Assembly: GCA_900617105.1 (NCBI GenBank)
Contig: UYFQ01000001.1
Span: 4,588,001-4,652,000, forward strand
Source of the DNA: Hydrurus foetidus
Taxonomy: Eukaryota
Reading direction: 5' to 3'
Length of the DNA: 64,000 nucleotides
In this document: piece after piece, positions 20,056 through 30,142 of the stretch
How positions within the stretch are numbered: position 1 is the first letter of the stretch
Layout: the number at the start of each line of letters is the position of its first letter
Notes under the pieces: model-generated
The model's input: the letters and a program-made list of their open reading frames with translations, nothing else
Databases searched by the model: none
Told to the model about the DNA's origin: nothing
Position numbers and translations under genes: made by a program

Positions 20056-21555
20056 TCATGCGCTTGTAAAAGTGAGTGTCAAGGGCGTTTTTTGCCACGC
20101 AAGTATCTCTTCTCTTAGCAAATGTGCGGACTGCGGATAGGCCTCAGTCCAGCCCTGACGACAACTGAGTGAAAACTGCTTGGACGTTTCTGGGTTTGCC
20201 GCAAGTGTTAGCCCGTCCAGATCAGGCGCTCGCCTGGCATGGCACAAAATAACGGCGATGCGAAGACACAGCAGCTGCACCATGAAGGGTTGGTCTTCAA
20301 AGTCAGCGTCTAGCTTGCGTAGCTTGCCTCGGTGCCCCAGCACCAGCAAACTAAGGCGGTGCAACTCTGGCTGCGTAAAGCCTGGCGCATCTGCGTTGTC
20401 GAGAATGTAAGCGCCGTGCTTGTGGTAGTCGCTGTGCGAGATTTGACTTCCAATTTCGTGCAGGTGTCCGGCCCACTGCAGCTTGCGAAGACGCCGGTCT
20501 AAATCAGCGAAATTCAGGCGGCCGCTGACCATCGAGAACAATTGCCGAGCGACGTTGCTCACCCGCTCGGCCTGTGCTTTGTCCACATCAAAACGGACAG
20601 CAAGGCGCGCAACGCTGGTTGAGCGCAAATCAGTTTCATCCTGCTCACGGTCGATCAGGTCATACAGCACACCGTGGCGAAGCGCGCCAAGTGCGGTTTG
20701 CATTTGTTCAATACCGAGTAAATCAAAAACTGCACGAAGCACGCTAACACCGCCGCCAATCACAGCCCGGCGGTCTTCCTTCATGCCTTCAATTTTCAGG
20801 CGATCTGCGCTTTGCGCTTTGACCAAGCGGTCCAGCAGCCAATCCAGCCCGGCTTGACTGACCACACCTGCCGGCCAGCCGCTGGCAACCAGCACGTCGC
20901 CGACAGCGCCAATCGTGCCAGATGAACCGTACGCTACGTCCCACGTGCCCGCTTGGTAGGTAGTGACTGCTTCGTCTAGTACGGCTTTGGCGGCTACTTC
21001 AGCGGTTTTAAAAGCGCGCAGGTTGAACTGCCCCTCGGGGAAATACCTCATCGACCAAGCCACGCTGCCTACACGGTAAGACTCCATGGTGAGCGCTTCC
21101 ACGCCTTTGCCAACAATCATCTCTGTTGACCGACCACCGATGTCCACCACCAAACGGCGCTCAGCCGATTGGGGCAGCATGTGCGCCACACCTTGGTAGA
21201 TCAGCCTGGCTTCTTCCCGGCCGGGAATAACATCGATGGGAAACCCCAAAATCTTATGCGCCTTGACCAAAAACTCGTCTCGGTTGCGAGCCTCCCGCAG
21301 AGTTTGAGTGGCCACAGCTCTGACTTGGGTTTTTTTAAATCCCGCCAGTCTCTCGCCGAATCGGGCCAAGCAATCCCAGCCGCGCTGCATGGCGTCTTGC
21401 GTCAGGTTTCTTTCGGCATCCAGGCCATTCCCCTGACGTACGGTTTCTTTTAGATATTCCGTGCGGTTGATTTGGCCCCGGTCAAATCGGCCGATTTCCA
21501 GGCGAAAACTGTTCGAGCCCAGATCCACAGCCGCTAATAGAGTTCCATTTTGCAT
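20056..21555 (-). CDS. ppx: exopolyphosphatase (Ppx/GppA)
   Basis: AAVDLGSNSFRL, GREEARLIYQGV, DIGGRSTE, LHEIG, HKHGAY. Confidence 0.93.
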   Translation of the reverse strand: MQNGTLLAAVDLGSNSFRLEIGRFDRGQINRTEYLKETVRQGNGLDAERNLTQDAMQRGWDCLARFGERLAGFKKTQVRAVATQTLREARNRDEFLVKAHKILGFPIDVIPGREEARLIYQGVAHMLPQSAERRLVVDIGGRSTEMIVGKGVEALTMESYRVGSVAWSMRYFPEGQFNLRAFKTAEVAAKAVLDEAVTTYQAGTWDVAYGSSGTIGAVGDVLVASGWPAGVVSQAGLDWLLDRLVKAQSADRLKIEGMKEDRRAVIGGGVSVLRAVFDLLGIEQMQTALGALRHGVLYDLIDREQDETDLRSTSVARLAVRFDVDKAQAERVSNVARQLFSMVSGRLNFADLDRRLRKLQWAGHLHEIGSQISHSDYHKHGAYILDNADAPGFTQPELHRLSLLVLGHRGKLRKLDADFEDQPFMVQLLCLRIAVILCHARRAPDLDGLTLAANPETSKQFSLSCRQGWTEAYPQSAHLLREEILAWQKTPLTLTFTSA

Positions 21556-21631
21556 ATCTGATCTTGATTTTTACCAAGTCAGCATAACATTCAGCAGGCT
21601 GCGTTCATCGAACAGGCTGGACGTCGAGCAA

Positions 21632-22774
21632 TTAACCAACGAGGCGCCCGTCTAATGCCATCATGCTCTGGGTGACAAATGTGCTGCTTCGGCGCTGAGG
21701 GTTAAAACTGACCCGAAAGCCGCCTAGATCCTGAGCACTACGCCGTTGAAATGCAGACAGGACTGCTTGGCGAGTCAGAGGGCCGTCTACGCTGTTGAGC
21801 ACTTCAAAGGTGTACTGCGCAGCAATAAAGCCTGCCAGACTAAGCGGAGTGGGGGGTTCGTCAAATAGGCGGGAAAGTGTTTCGCGATAGCGCCTGACAA
21901 TTGCCAAACTTGAATTAACCATTGGTACAGGCTGCGTCGCAATCACAGGCGTGCTTTTGGCCGCACCCATTTGCAACATGGTTTGCAAATTAACGTCCGC
22001 AAGAGCCACGATGTAGCGCTGGCGCGCCTGTTTTTCAAGCCCTTGCGTAAACTCGGCAAGCTCAGGCGTTCCGCCCACAAACAAAAGCACTGCAGGCGTC
22101 TTCGGGGTGAGTTTTTGCCCTAATGACCGCAGTTCAGTACTGGCTTGAAATGACTGCAACTTTAATTGCATACTGGCTGCAATACGCTCTATCTCAAGGC
22201 GGTAGGTCGTGTAGTCTCGCGTTGAGCCAAATACAGCGCCCAGCTCACTCAAACCCATAACAGATAGTATTTTTAAAGCATGCGTGATTTGCTCTTGCCG
22301 AGCCGCAAATATCGGAAATGTGTTGTTGTCAACTTCAACGCTGGAGTTTTGCAACCAAGGGGCGACATGTGCAAGGTTTAGGCCATCTTGTCGCGCAATT
22401 CGAACAAGTTCACTGGCAAGCTGATCACCAGCGCTACCCGACATAGCCACACACGCCGAATTATTTTTAACGGTGTTGAATGCTGCAAGCAAGCTTTCTG
22501 GCGTGCCGTCAGTTTCAAAAGCCAGGTGTTGAACTTCTTTTCCGCGTATGCCTCCTTTCTGGTTAATGTCTTGCCAGGCAGCTCGGGAGCCGATTAAAAA
22601 GTCTTTTGACACGTCCTGTTGCGCCTGTGATGAATCGACGACCTGGGCAACCACGACGTTGCGTTGCGATACCTTTAAGGTTTGCGCAAGGGAGGGTGCG
22701 GAGACTGCGGCGGCCAACGAACTGGCGCCACAGAGCCACTGACGACGAGTAGTGCGGAGATTTGAAAATGACAT
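21632..22774 (-). CDS. periplasmic substrate-binding protein (type 1 / Peripla_BP_6-like), probable Tat substrate
   Basis: N-terminal TTRRQWL twin-arginine-like signal, GSRAAWQDINQKGGIRGK, DLGGFRVSF C-terminus. Confidence 0.75.
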   Translation of the reverse strand: MSFSNLRTTRRQWLCGASSLAAAVSAPSLAQTLKVSQRNVVVAQVVDSSQAQQDVSKDFLIGSRAAWQDINQKGGIRGKEVQHLAFETDGTPESLLAAFNTVKNNSACVAMSGSAGDQLASELVRIARQDGLNLAHVAPWLQNSSVEVDNNTFPIFAARQEQITHALKILSVMGLSELGAVFGSTRDYTTYRLEIERIAASMQLKLQSFQASTELRSLGQKLTPKTPAVLLFVGGTPELAEFTQGLEKQARQRYIVALADVNLQTMLQMGAAKSTPVIATQPVPMVNSSLAIVRRYRETLSRLFDEPPTPLSLAGFIAAQYTFEVLNSVDGPLTRQAVLSAFQRRSAQDLGGFRVSFNPQRRSSTFVTQSMMALDGRLVG

Positions 22775-22813
22775 GGCTTACCAAGGTGATAACTCACTAT
22801 TTAAATTCAGGAT

Positions 22814-22860
22814 AAACAAAAACGCGATGCAGCTGGTCAAGCGGCATCGCGTTTGGTTTT
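22814..22860 (-). terminator. rho-independent terminator downstream of the fasciclin gene
   Basis: AAACGCGATGC...GCATCGCGTTT inverted repeat followed on the minus strand by TTTTTGTTT. Confidence 0.7.
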
Positions 22861-22871
22861 ACTTGGAAAAG

Positions 22872-23366
22872 TTAACGGGCCGGTGGAATCAAGACGCTGT
22901 CGATGATGTGAATAACGCCGTTGGTCGCTGTTAAATCAGCCTTTTGCACCATGCCGTCTTCAACGGTCACAAATTCCCCCGCTTTTGATACGGCGACGTT
23001 GGCGCCGTTAACCGTTTTGACGTTGCTGTTGGTTTTGACGTCGGCTGCCATCACTTCGGCCGGGATCACGTGATAGGTCAAGACTGCTTTGAGTTTCGCA
23101 GGGTCGTTTGCCAGCTCTTCCATCGTCTTGGCCGCGACTTTCGCGAAAGCTGCGTTGTTAGGTGCAAACACAGTGAATGGCCCTGCGCCCTTCAACGTGT
23201 CGCTCAACCCGGCTTTTGCAACTAAACCGCTAAGCGTACTTAGTTCGGGCGTTGCAGCCAAAGTATCTGCAACTGACGCGGGGGTGCTGACCGTGGCGCA
23301 ACCGGATAGAGCTGCGATAGAGGCGGTGAGCAGTAAAAATCTGCGGCTTGCGTAAAAATTAAGCAT
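22872..23366 (-). CDS. fasciclin (FAS1) domain lipoprotein
   Basis: LSGC lipobox, GPFTVFAPNNAAF, LTYHV, NGVIHIIDSVL. Confidence 0.92.
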   Translation of the reverse strand: MLNFYASRRFLLLTASIAALSGCATVSTPASVADTLAATPELSTLSGLVAKAGLSDTLKGAGPFTVFAPNNAAFAKVAAKTMEELANDPAKLKAVLTYHVIPAEVMAADVKTNSNVKTVNGANVAVSKAGEFVTVEDGMVQKADLTATNGVIHIIDSVLIPPAR

Positions 23367-23411
23367 TGAAATTTCCTTTGGTTAAAACAAGCTGAAGCGT
23401 AGGAGAAATCC

Positions 23412-23450
23412 GTGACAAAGCTGTGACAGAAATTTGACGTTCATGTGACG
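23412..23450 (-). promoter_or_regulatory. Pho-box array oriented toward the fasciclin gene
   Basis: On the + strand GTGACA (23412), GTGACA (23423), TTGACG (23434), GTGACG (23445): four half-sites at an 11-bp period. Confidence 0.75.
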
Positions 23451-23499
23451 CAGTACGTTGCGTACTTGTTTTAACTAACCGTCGATTGGTTTTGAGTGT

Positions 23500-23518
23500 G
23501 TGTCACGACTTTGTCACA
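23500..23518 (+). promoter_or_regulatory. Pho box upstream of pstS
   Basis: GTGTCAC-gact-TTGTCAC, with 11-bp spacing. Confidence 0.85.
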
Positions 23519-23569
23519 TGAGGTTCTTACAGTTAGCCCAGAAGTGAAATTAACCCAAGGAGTATTGTT

Positions 23570-24613
23570 ATGACGTCAGGACTGAAATTTTCGTTGTTAG
23601 CAGGTGCAAGTTCGCTGGTTTTAGCGTTGCCGGGATTTTCTTTTGCGCAAACTGTGACCGGCGCCGGTGCGAGTTTTCCCGCCCCTTTATATTCCAAATG
23701 GGCGGCAGACTACAACAAGGCGACGTCGATAAAAATCAACTATCAGTCGGTCGGTTCGGGCGCTGGCTTACGTCAAATTGAAGCTAAAACCGTTGACTTT
23801 GGTGCCTCTGACGCTCCCCTGAAAGACGATGAACTGGCGAAAAAAGGCTTGGTTCAGTTCCCCACTGTGATTGGCGGTGTGGTGCCTGTGGTGAACATCA
23901 AGGGCATCGCGCCGGGCCAGCTCAAATTAAGCGGCCAGTTACTGGGCGATATTTTTCTAGGCAAAGTAACCAAGTGGACTGACCCTGCCATCAAAGCCTT
24001 GAACCCCACATTGACATTGCCAGACACTGCGATTGCGCCCGTTCGCCGTGCAGACGGCTCGGGAACGACCTTTATCTTTACCAATTACTTGAGCAAAGTG
24101 AACGCCGAATGGAAAACCAAGGTCGGCGAAGGTACCGCTGTGAACTGGCCAGTGGGCGCGGGCGGTAAGGGCAACGAAGGTGTAGCTGCATTCGTCGGTC
24201 GTTTGCCGAACTCGATAGGCTATGTTGAGTACTCATATGTCAAGCAAAACAAAATGGCATTCGCGCAGGTACGCAATGCGGCTGGCAACTTTGTATCGCC
24301 AGACGACTCGGCTTTCAAGGCGGCAGCAGTTGGCGCTGACTGGACAAAAAGCTTCTTCCAGATTTTGACCGAGCAGCCAGGCAAAGATGCTTGGCCGCTA
24401 ACTGGCGCCACGTTTATCTTGATGCAAAAGGTTCAAGAAAAACCAGCTCAGGCAGCGGCTGTTTTGAAGTTTTTTGAATGGGCTTACAAAGGCGGCGATA
24501 AAACGGCAGACGAGCTCGACTACGTCCCTATGCCAGCCAACGTAAAAGTTGCAATTGAAAAGTCGTGGGCTGAAATCAAAGACGCTTCTGGCAAGCCGAT
24601 TGCGTTCAAATAG
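23570..24613 (+). CDS. pstS: phosphate ABC transporter substrate-binding protein
   Basis: GAGASFPAPLY, YQSVGSGAG, DFGASD, RRADGSGTT. Confidence 0.97.
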   Translation: MTSGLKFSLLAGASSLVLALPGFSFAQTVTGAGASFPAPLYSKWAADYNKATSIKINYQSVGSGAGLRQIEAKTVDFGASDAPLKDDELAKKGLVQFPTVIGGVVPVVNIKGIAPGQLKLSGQLLGDIFLGKVTKWTDPAIKALNPTLTLPDTAIAPVRRADGSGTTFIFTNYLSKVNAEWKTKVGEGTAVNWPVGAGGKGNEGVAAFVGRLPNSIGYVEYSYVKQNKMAFAQVRNAAGNFVSPDDSAFKAAAVGADWTKSFFQILTEQPGKDAWPLTGATFILMQKVQEKPAQAAAVLKFFEWAYKGGDKTADELDYVPMPANVKVAIEKSWAEIKDASGKPIAFK

Positions 24614-24650
24614 CCGCTGACGTTTTACCAAGCAATACCCAACAGGAATC

Positions 24651-25688
24651 TTGCCCGTGTCATCTACACTTCCTGCCAATCATGCGCCGTATTCTGGTCA
24701 TGCACATAAAAGCCAACGCATCATGACCAATCCGCCACCACCTAGTCCGAGACGACAAAGCTCTATGCCTGATCGGATTTTTGGATGGATAGCTAAAGGC
24801 GCCGCGCTGCTGACGTTGGGGTTGCTTATAGGAATTCTGGTTTCGCTGATCTACGGAGCGTGGCCGGCGATTACCAAATACGGCCTCGGTTTTTTAACCA
24901 GCAGTGTTTGGGATCCAGTTAAAGACGAGTACGGCGGTCTCGTCATGATCTACGGCACGATAGCCACGTCGTTTATCGCGTTATTGATAGCCATTCCCGT
25001 GAGCTTTGGCATTGCGTTGTTTTTGACGGAGCTTTCGCCTTCGTGGCTTAAGCGGCCGTTAGGCACCGCGATCGAGTTGCTGGCTGCAGTGCCCTCCATT
25101 GTTTACGGTATGTGGGGCCTGCTGGTTTTTGGCCCAATCCTCGCGACCTATGTCCAGCAGCCGCTCCAGTCGGCGTTTGGCAGCACTCCGTACTTGGGGG
25201 CGCTTTTTTCAGGGCCACCGGTTGGCATCGGCATTTTGTCGGCCGGCATTATTCTTGCCATCATGATCATTCCGTTCATCGCATCAGTGATGCGTGACGT
25301 GTTTGAAGTCACGCCGCCGCTTCTAAAAGAGTCAGCGTATGCACTTGGTTCTACCACTTGGGAAGTAGTGTCAAAGGTTGTTTTGCCTTACACCAAAGCG
25401 GGGGTGGTGGGCGGCATCATGTTGGGCTTGGGCCGGGCACTGGGCGAAACCATGGCGGTAACGTTTGTTATTGGCAATTTCAACCAGCTCGACTCTTTGA
25501 GCCTTTTTCAAGCGGCCAACAGCATCACGTCTGCTTTGGCCAACGAGTTTCCTGAAGCAGGTCAAGGCCTTCACCAAGCGGCGCTCATTTACTTAGGGCT
25601 GGTTTTGTTTTTCATCACCTTCGTGGTGCTGGCTTTGTCAAAAGTCATGCTTGCTCAGCTCAACAAACATGAAGGTAGCAAAACATGA
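24651..25688 (+). CDS. pstC: phosphate ABC transporter permease
   Basis: [28 protein letters not shown]. Start codon uncertain. Confidence 0.95.
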   Translation: MPVSSTLPANHAPYSGHAHKSQRIMTNPPPPSPRRQSSMPDRIFGWIAKGAALLTLGLLIGILVSLIYGAWPAITKYGLGFLTSSVWDPVKDEYGGLVMIYGTIATSFIALLIAIPVSFGIALFLTELSPSWLKRPLGTAIELLAAVPSIVYGMWGLLVFGPILATYVQQPLQSAFGSTPYLGALFSGPPVGIGILSAGIILAIMIIPFIASVMRDVFEVTPPLLKESAYALGSTTWEVVSKVVLPYTKAGVVGGIMLGLGRALGETMAVTFVIGNFNQLDSLSLFQAANSITSALANEFPEAGQGLHQAALIYLGLVLFFITFVVLALSKVMLAQLNKHEGSKT

Positions 25689-26545
25689 GTGCCGCTCTTC
25701 AGGATGCGCGGCTAGCCAAGTTTGCCCGGCGCAAGTTCATTAACCAAGTTGCGCTGGTGTTGTCTCTGGCAGCCATGGCGTTTGGGTTGTTCTGGCTGTT
25801 TTGGATATTGTTCGAGACCATTCGTTTGGGCATTGGCGGTATCGCTTTTGCAACTTTCACGCGGATGACCCCTGCGCCAAATGAGGCGGGCGGTTTGGCC
25901 AATGCGATTTACGGATCCTTCCTTATCGTCACGATGGCCACTTTTGTAGGAACCCCTATTGGAATCATGGCAGGTATCTACTTGGCTGAATACGACACCA
26001 AAGGCTGGCTTGCATCATTGACGCGTTTTGTAAATGACATTTTGCTGTCTGCCCCGTCAATTGTCATTGGCCTGTTTGTATACGCCGTGGTTGTTTCGCA
26101 GTTCAAGTCTTACTCCGGCTGGGCCGGGGTGATGGCGTTGGCGTTGATTGTGATTCCGGTAGTTATTCGCACCACTGAAAATATGTTGCAACTGGTTCCT
26201 TCGGGGCTTCGTGAGGCAGCCTATGCACTTGGTGCGCCGAAATGGAAAGTAATCACGAAGATCACACTGCGTGCAGCCCGGGCCGGTGTGGTGACCGGCG
26301 TGCTGCTTGCGGTTGCCCGTATTGCAGGGGAAACTGCGCCGTTGTTGTTTACTGCGCTGAATAACCAGTTCTGGAATTCAGACATGAGCCAGCCCATGGC
26401 CAGCTTGCCGGTCACCATCTTCAAGTTTGCCATGAGCCCTTACGAGAATTGGCAACAGCTGGCCTGGGCGGGGGTGTTTCTTATTACGCTGGCCGTGCTG
26501 GGTTTAAACATTCTGGCGCGGGTGCTGACTCGCAACAAAGATTGA
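25685..26545 (+). CDS. pstA: phosphate ABC transporter permease
   Basis: [30 protein letters not shown]. Confidence 0.95.
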   Translation: MSAALQDARLAKFARRKFINQVALVLSLAAMAFGLFWLFWILFETIRLGIGGIAFATFTRMTPAPNEAGGLANAIYGSFLIVTMATFVGTPIGIMAGIYLAEYDTKGWLASLTRFVNDILLSAPSIVIGLFVYAVVVSQFKSYSGWAGVMALALIVIPVVIRTTENMLQLVPSGLREAAYALGAPKWKVITKITLRAARAGVVTGVLLAVARIAGETAPLLFTALNNQFWNSDMSQPMASLPVTIFKFAMSPYENWQQLAWAGVFLITLAVLGLNILARVLTRNKD

Positions 26546-26581
26546 ACATTGGTCAAAACGAATATACAGGTGAGGTGATAA

Positions 26582-27361
26582 ATGGAAGCCACAGCTACCA
26601 AAATGGTGAACCCTAAAATATCAGTCAAGAATCTTGATTTTTATTACGGAAAGTTTCATGCGCTAAAAAACATCAATTTGCAAATTCCCGAGAAAAAAGT
26701 GACTGCATTTATCGGCCCCTCTGGCTGCGGTAAGTCGACTTTATTGCGAATTTTTAACCGCATGTACGAGCTGTACCCTGAGCAGCGCGCTGAGGGCGAG
26801 ATCATGTTTGAGGGTGAAAATCTTTTAACGTCCAAGAAAGACGTCGCGTTGATACGTTCAAAGGTCGGCATGGTTTTCCAAAAGCCGACACCGTTTCCCA
26901 TGTCGATTTATGACAACATTTCATTCGGCGTCAAGCTGTTTGAAAGTCTCAACAGCTCCGATATGGACGAGCGGGTTGAATGGGCGCTGCGTAAAGCCGC
27001 ACTGTGGGGCGAAGTCAAAGACAAGCTGAATCAAAACGGTTCAAGCCTTTCGGGCGGGCAGCAGCAGCGTTTGTGCATTGCTCGCGGAATCGCCATCAAG
27101 CCAGAGGTGTTGTTGCTTGATGAGCCGTGCTCGGCGCTGGACCCGATTTCGACAGCCAAGATTGAGGAATTGATCACCGAGCTGAAAAACGATTACACCG
27201 TGGTGATCGTCACACACAACATGCAGCAAGCTGCACGCTGCAGCGACTACACGGCCTACATGTACCTGGGCGACCTGGTTGAGTTTGGCGTAACTGAAGA
27301 GTTGTTTTTTAAACCGAAACGCAAAGAGACTGAAGACTACATCACGGGTCGCTTCGGCTAA
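26582..27361 (+). CDS. pstB: phosphate ABC transporter ATPase
   Basis: [33 protein letters not shown]. Confidence 0.97.
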   Translation: MEATATKMVNPKISVKNLDFYYGKFHALKNINLQIPEKKVTAFIGPSGCGKSTLLRIFNRMYELYPEQRAEGEIMFEGENLLTSKKDVALIRSKVGMVFQKPTPFPMSIYDNISFGVKLFESLNSSDMDERVEWALRKAALWGEVKDKLNQNGSSLSGGQQQRLCIARGIAIKPEVLLLDEPCSALDPISTAKIEELITELKNDYTVVIVTHNMQQAARCSDYTAYMYLGDLVEFGVTEELFFKPKRKETEDYITGRFG

Positions 27362-27380
27362 ATTATTCCAGAGGAAAAAT

Positions 27381-28082
27381 ATGTCTGATAAACATTTGTC
27401 CAGCCAGTTTGACAGTGAGCTAAATGGCGTTTCATCACGAGTCATGGAGCTGGGCGGGCTGGTCGAGTCGCAAATCACGTTGGCTATTTATGCGTTGTCG
27501 CAGTTCAGTGCCGAAAGCGCTGGTCAGGTCATTGAAGCCGAGTCGCGGGTGAATTCGATGGAAATCGACATTGACCGTGAGTTGTCATCCATCATTGCGC
27601 GCCGCCAGCCGACAGCGCGCGATTTGCGCCTGCTGATTGCGATTTCTAAAACAACAGCCAATCTTGAGCGGGCTGGCGATGAAGCAGAAAAAATAGCGCG
27701 CATGGTGAAGTCCATTATCGAAAGCGGTTCGGCGCGCGCTTTGCCGTCTTCTGACTTGCGTATAGCGGCTGAGTTGGCCTCGGGTCTTTTGCGCAAAGCG
27801 CTCGACGCGTTTGCGAGACTCGACACCAATGTTGCGCTGTCGATCTTGAAAGAAGATGATCAGATTGACAAAGAGTTTGATGGTTTTGTGCGCAAGTTGA
27901 TCACTTACATGATGGAAGACCCGCGTACTATTTCAGCCAGTCTTGATTTGCTGTTCGTCGCCAAGGCGATTGAACGCATTGGCGATCATGCGAAAAATAT
28001 CGCAGAGTTCATCATCTATATTGTTAAGGGCGAAGACGTCCGGCATACCCCGATGGCTCAAATTGAATCGGCTGTCAGGTAG
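27381..28082 (+). CDS. phoU: phosphate signalling complex protein
   Basis: IARRQPTARDLR, LERAGD, IERIGDHAKNIAE. Confidence 0.96.
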   Translation: MSDKHLSSQFDSELNGVSSRVMELGGLVESQITLAIYALSQFSAESAGQVIEAESRVNSMEIDIDRELSSIIARRQPTARDLRLLIAISKTTANLERAGDEAEKIARMVKSIIESGSARALPSSDLRIAAELASGLLRKALDAFARLDTNVALSILKEDDQIDKEFDGFVRKLITYMMEDPRTISASLDLLFVAKAIERIGDHAKNIAEFIIYIVKGEDVRHTPMAQIESAVR

Positions 28083-28088
28083 CTAAAA

Positions 28089-28802
28089 ATGAAAAAGCCC
28101 CGGATATTGGTGGTTGAAGACGAGCCGTCTATCGCAGAGCTGATCTCCGTTAACTTGCAGCACGGCGGTTTTGAAGTGGTGGCTGCGCAAGACAGTGTGA
28201 CTGCGCAGCGTGCGGTAGATGCTGAGCTGCCGGATGCCATTTTGCTTGACTGGATGTTGCCAGGGCAAAGTGGCCTGTCGCTGGCTCGCCAATGGCGCAA
28301 GCAAGCGCGTACAAAAAGTATTCCCATTTTGATGTTAACCGCGCGTGGCGACGAGCCTGACAAGGTCGCGGGCCTCGACGCGGGTGCAGATGACTACATC
28401 ACCAAACCATTTTCAACTCAGGAACTGCTGGCCCGGATACGCGCTGTTCTCAGGCGGCGGGCCCCGGAATCTGGCGATGACAGCGTGACGGTGGGCGCAC
28501 TGGTACTGGACGCGGGTACTCACCGTATCTCTTATCAAAATCAGGAGCTCAAGCTTGGGCCCACTGAATTCAAGCTGCTGCATTACTTCATGAAGCATTC
28601 CGAGCGGGTACACAGCCGCAGCTCTTTGCTCGACAAGGTGTGGGGTGATCATGTCTTCATTGAGGAACGCACGGTGGATGTTCACGTCAAGCGCCTGCGA
28701 GAAGCGTTGGGTGGCGCCGGGCGAATGGTAGAAACGGTTCGCGGGTCGGGCTATCGGTTGACCGCTGTCATACCGACTGCTGTTGCACAATCTGGGACAT
28801 GA
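28089..28802 (+). CDS. phoB: phosphate regulon response regulator
   Basis: LLDWMLPG, GADDYITKPFS, GPTEFKLL, EERTVDVHVKRLR. Confidence 0.96.
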   Translation: MKKPRILVVEDEPSIAELISVNLQHGGFEVVAAQDSVTAQRAVDAELPDAILLDWMLPGQSGLSLARQWRKQARTKSIPILMLTARGDEPDKVAGLDAGADDYITKPFSTQELLARIRAVLRRRAPESGDDSVTVGALVLDAGTHRISYQNQELKLGPTEFKLLHYFMKHSERVHSRSSLLDKVWGDHVFIEERTVDVHVKRLREALGGAGRMVETVRGSGYRLTAVIPTAVAQSGT

Positions 28803-30142
28803 TCAATCGCTGGTTGGTATTTACTGCCTGCTTACTGGCCGGCGGCGGATTGGGGTATTGGGTGGCTGATGTAGCGGGCTTGGCTTTTGGTGTCGCGCTT
28901 TCCGCCTTTTTCTGGCTGTTGGTTGACAGTTTTTACCTAGCCCGGTTTCTGATTTGGCTGCGGGCCGCCCAGAGCGATGAGTCACCTTCCGCCGCTTTGG
29001 GCGCGGGGTCTGATTTACCGGGCCTTTGGGGCGTGGCAGCTGATCGAATTCGCAGACTGGCACGGCGGCAAGAGCACTTGCTGCATGACAGTCAGGCCCG
29101 GCTAGACGAGTTCCTTGCTGCCATGCAGGCATCGCCAAGCGGCGTGGTGCTTCTTGATTCGCAGAACAGAATTGAATGGTGCAACCAGATGGCAGCGCTT
29201 CACTTTGGGTTTGATGCGCGCAAAGATGTGTTGCAGCACATCTCTAACCTCGTGCGTTCGCCAGCTTTCAAGAGCTACCTGACTGCTAACGATTTTTCGC
29301 ACGATGTGGTGATACCAAGCAGCGCGAGTGTTCCAGGTCGTCCAGTTAATCTGTCGGTTCACGTGCATGCCTACGGCAAAGACCGAAAGTTGCTGCTGTC
29401 GCGTGACATTACTGCGCTGGAGCTGGCCGAAGCGATGCGACGTGATTTTGTGGCCAATGTGTCCCACGAGATACGCACACCCCTGACTGTTCTGTCGGGG
29501 TTCATTGAAACCTTGCAAACTTTGCCGTTAAAGCCAGCCGAGCGCGAGCGTTATTTGGGCCTGATGGCTCAACAATCGCAGCGTATGCAGACCTTGGTCA
29601 ACGACTTGCTTACCTTGTCGCGCCTCGAGGGTAGCCCTCATCCAGGCGGCAATGAGTGGGTGTCGGTAAGTGCTCTTTTTGCCCAGTCTCATCAGGAAGC
29701 GCAAGCCCTGTCAGCCCTGCTGGCGCCCAATACTCACACGATCAGGTTCGACAACACCGCTGCTTGCGAAATCGCCGGAGAGCAAGGCGAGCTGTACAGC
29801 GCTTTATCCAATTTGGTCACTAATGCGGTTCGTTACACGCCTGCGGGCGGATCAATACAGGTAGCTTGGCACGTCTTGGCTGATGGGCGCGGCGAACTTA
29901 TCGTCAAAGACAGTGGCCCGGGTATTGCCGAGGAACATATTTCGCGCCTGACCGAACGGTTTTACCGCATTGATCGTAGCCGTTCGAGAGAAACGGGCGG
30001 TACTGGCCTGGGGCTGGCTATCGTCAAGCATGTCGCGCAGCGCCACAATGCCGAGCTGCATATTGAAAGTCAACTGGGGCAAGGGTCGAGTTTTTCGATC
30101 AGGTTTCCCTCGATGCGGGTTAGGGCGGTGCAGGGCGCCTAG
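28799..30142 (+). CDS. phoR: phosphate regulon sensor kinase
   Basis: MRRDFVANVSHEIRTPL, ERFYRIDRSRSRETGGTGLGLAIVKH. Confidence 0.96.
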   Translation: MINRWLVFTACLLAGGGLGYWVADVAGLAFGVALSAFFWLLVDSFYLARFLIWLRAAQSDESPSAALGAGSDLPGLWGVAADRIRRLARRQEHLLHDSQARLDEFLAAMQASPSGVVLLDSQNRIEWCNQMAALHFGFDARKDVLQHISNLVRSPAFKSYLTANDFSHDVVIPSSASVPGRPVNLSVHVHAYGKDRKLLLSRDITALELAEAMRRDFVANVSHEIRTPLTVLSGFIETLQTLPLKPAERERYLGLMAQQSQRMQTLVNDLLTLSRLEGSPHPGGNEWVSVSALFAQSHQEAQALSALLAPNTHTIRFDNTAACEIAGEQGELYSALSNLVTNAVRYTPAGGSIQVAWHVLADGRGELIVKDSGPGIAEEHISRLTERFYRIDRSRSRETGGTGLGLAIVKHVAQRHNAELHIESQLGQGSSFSIRFPSMRVRAVQGA

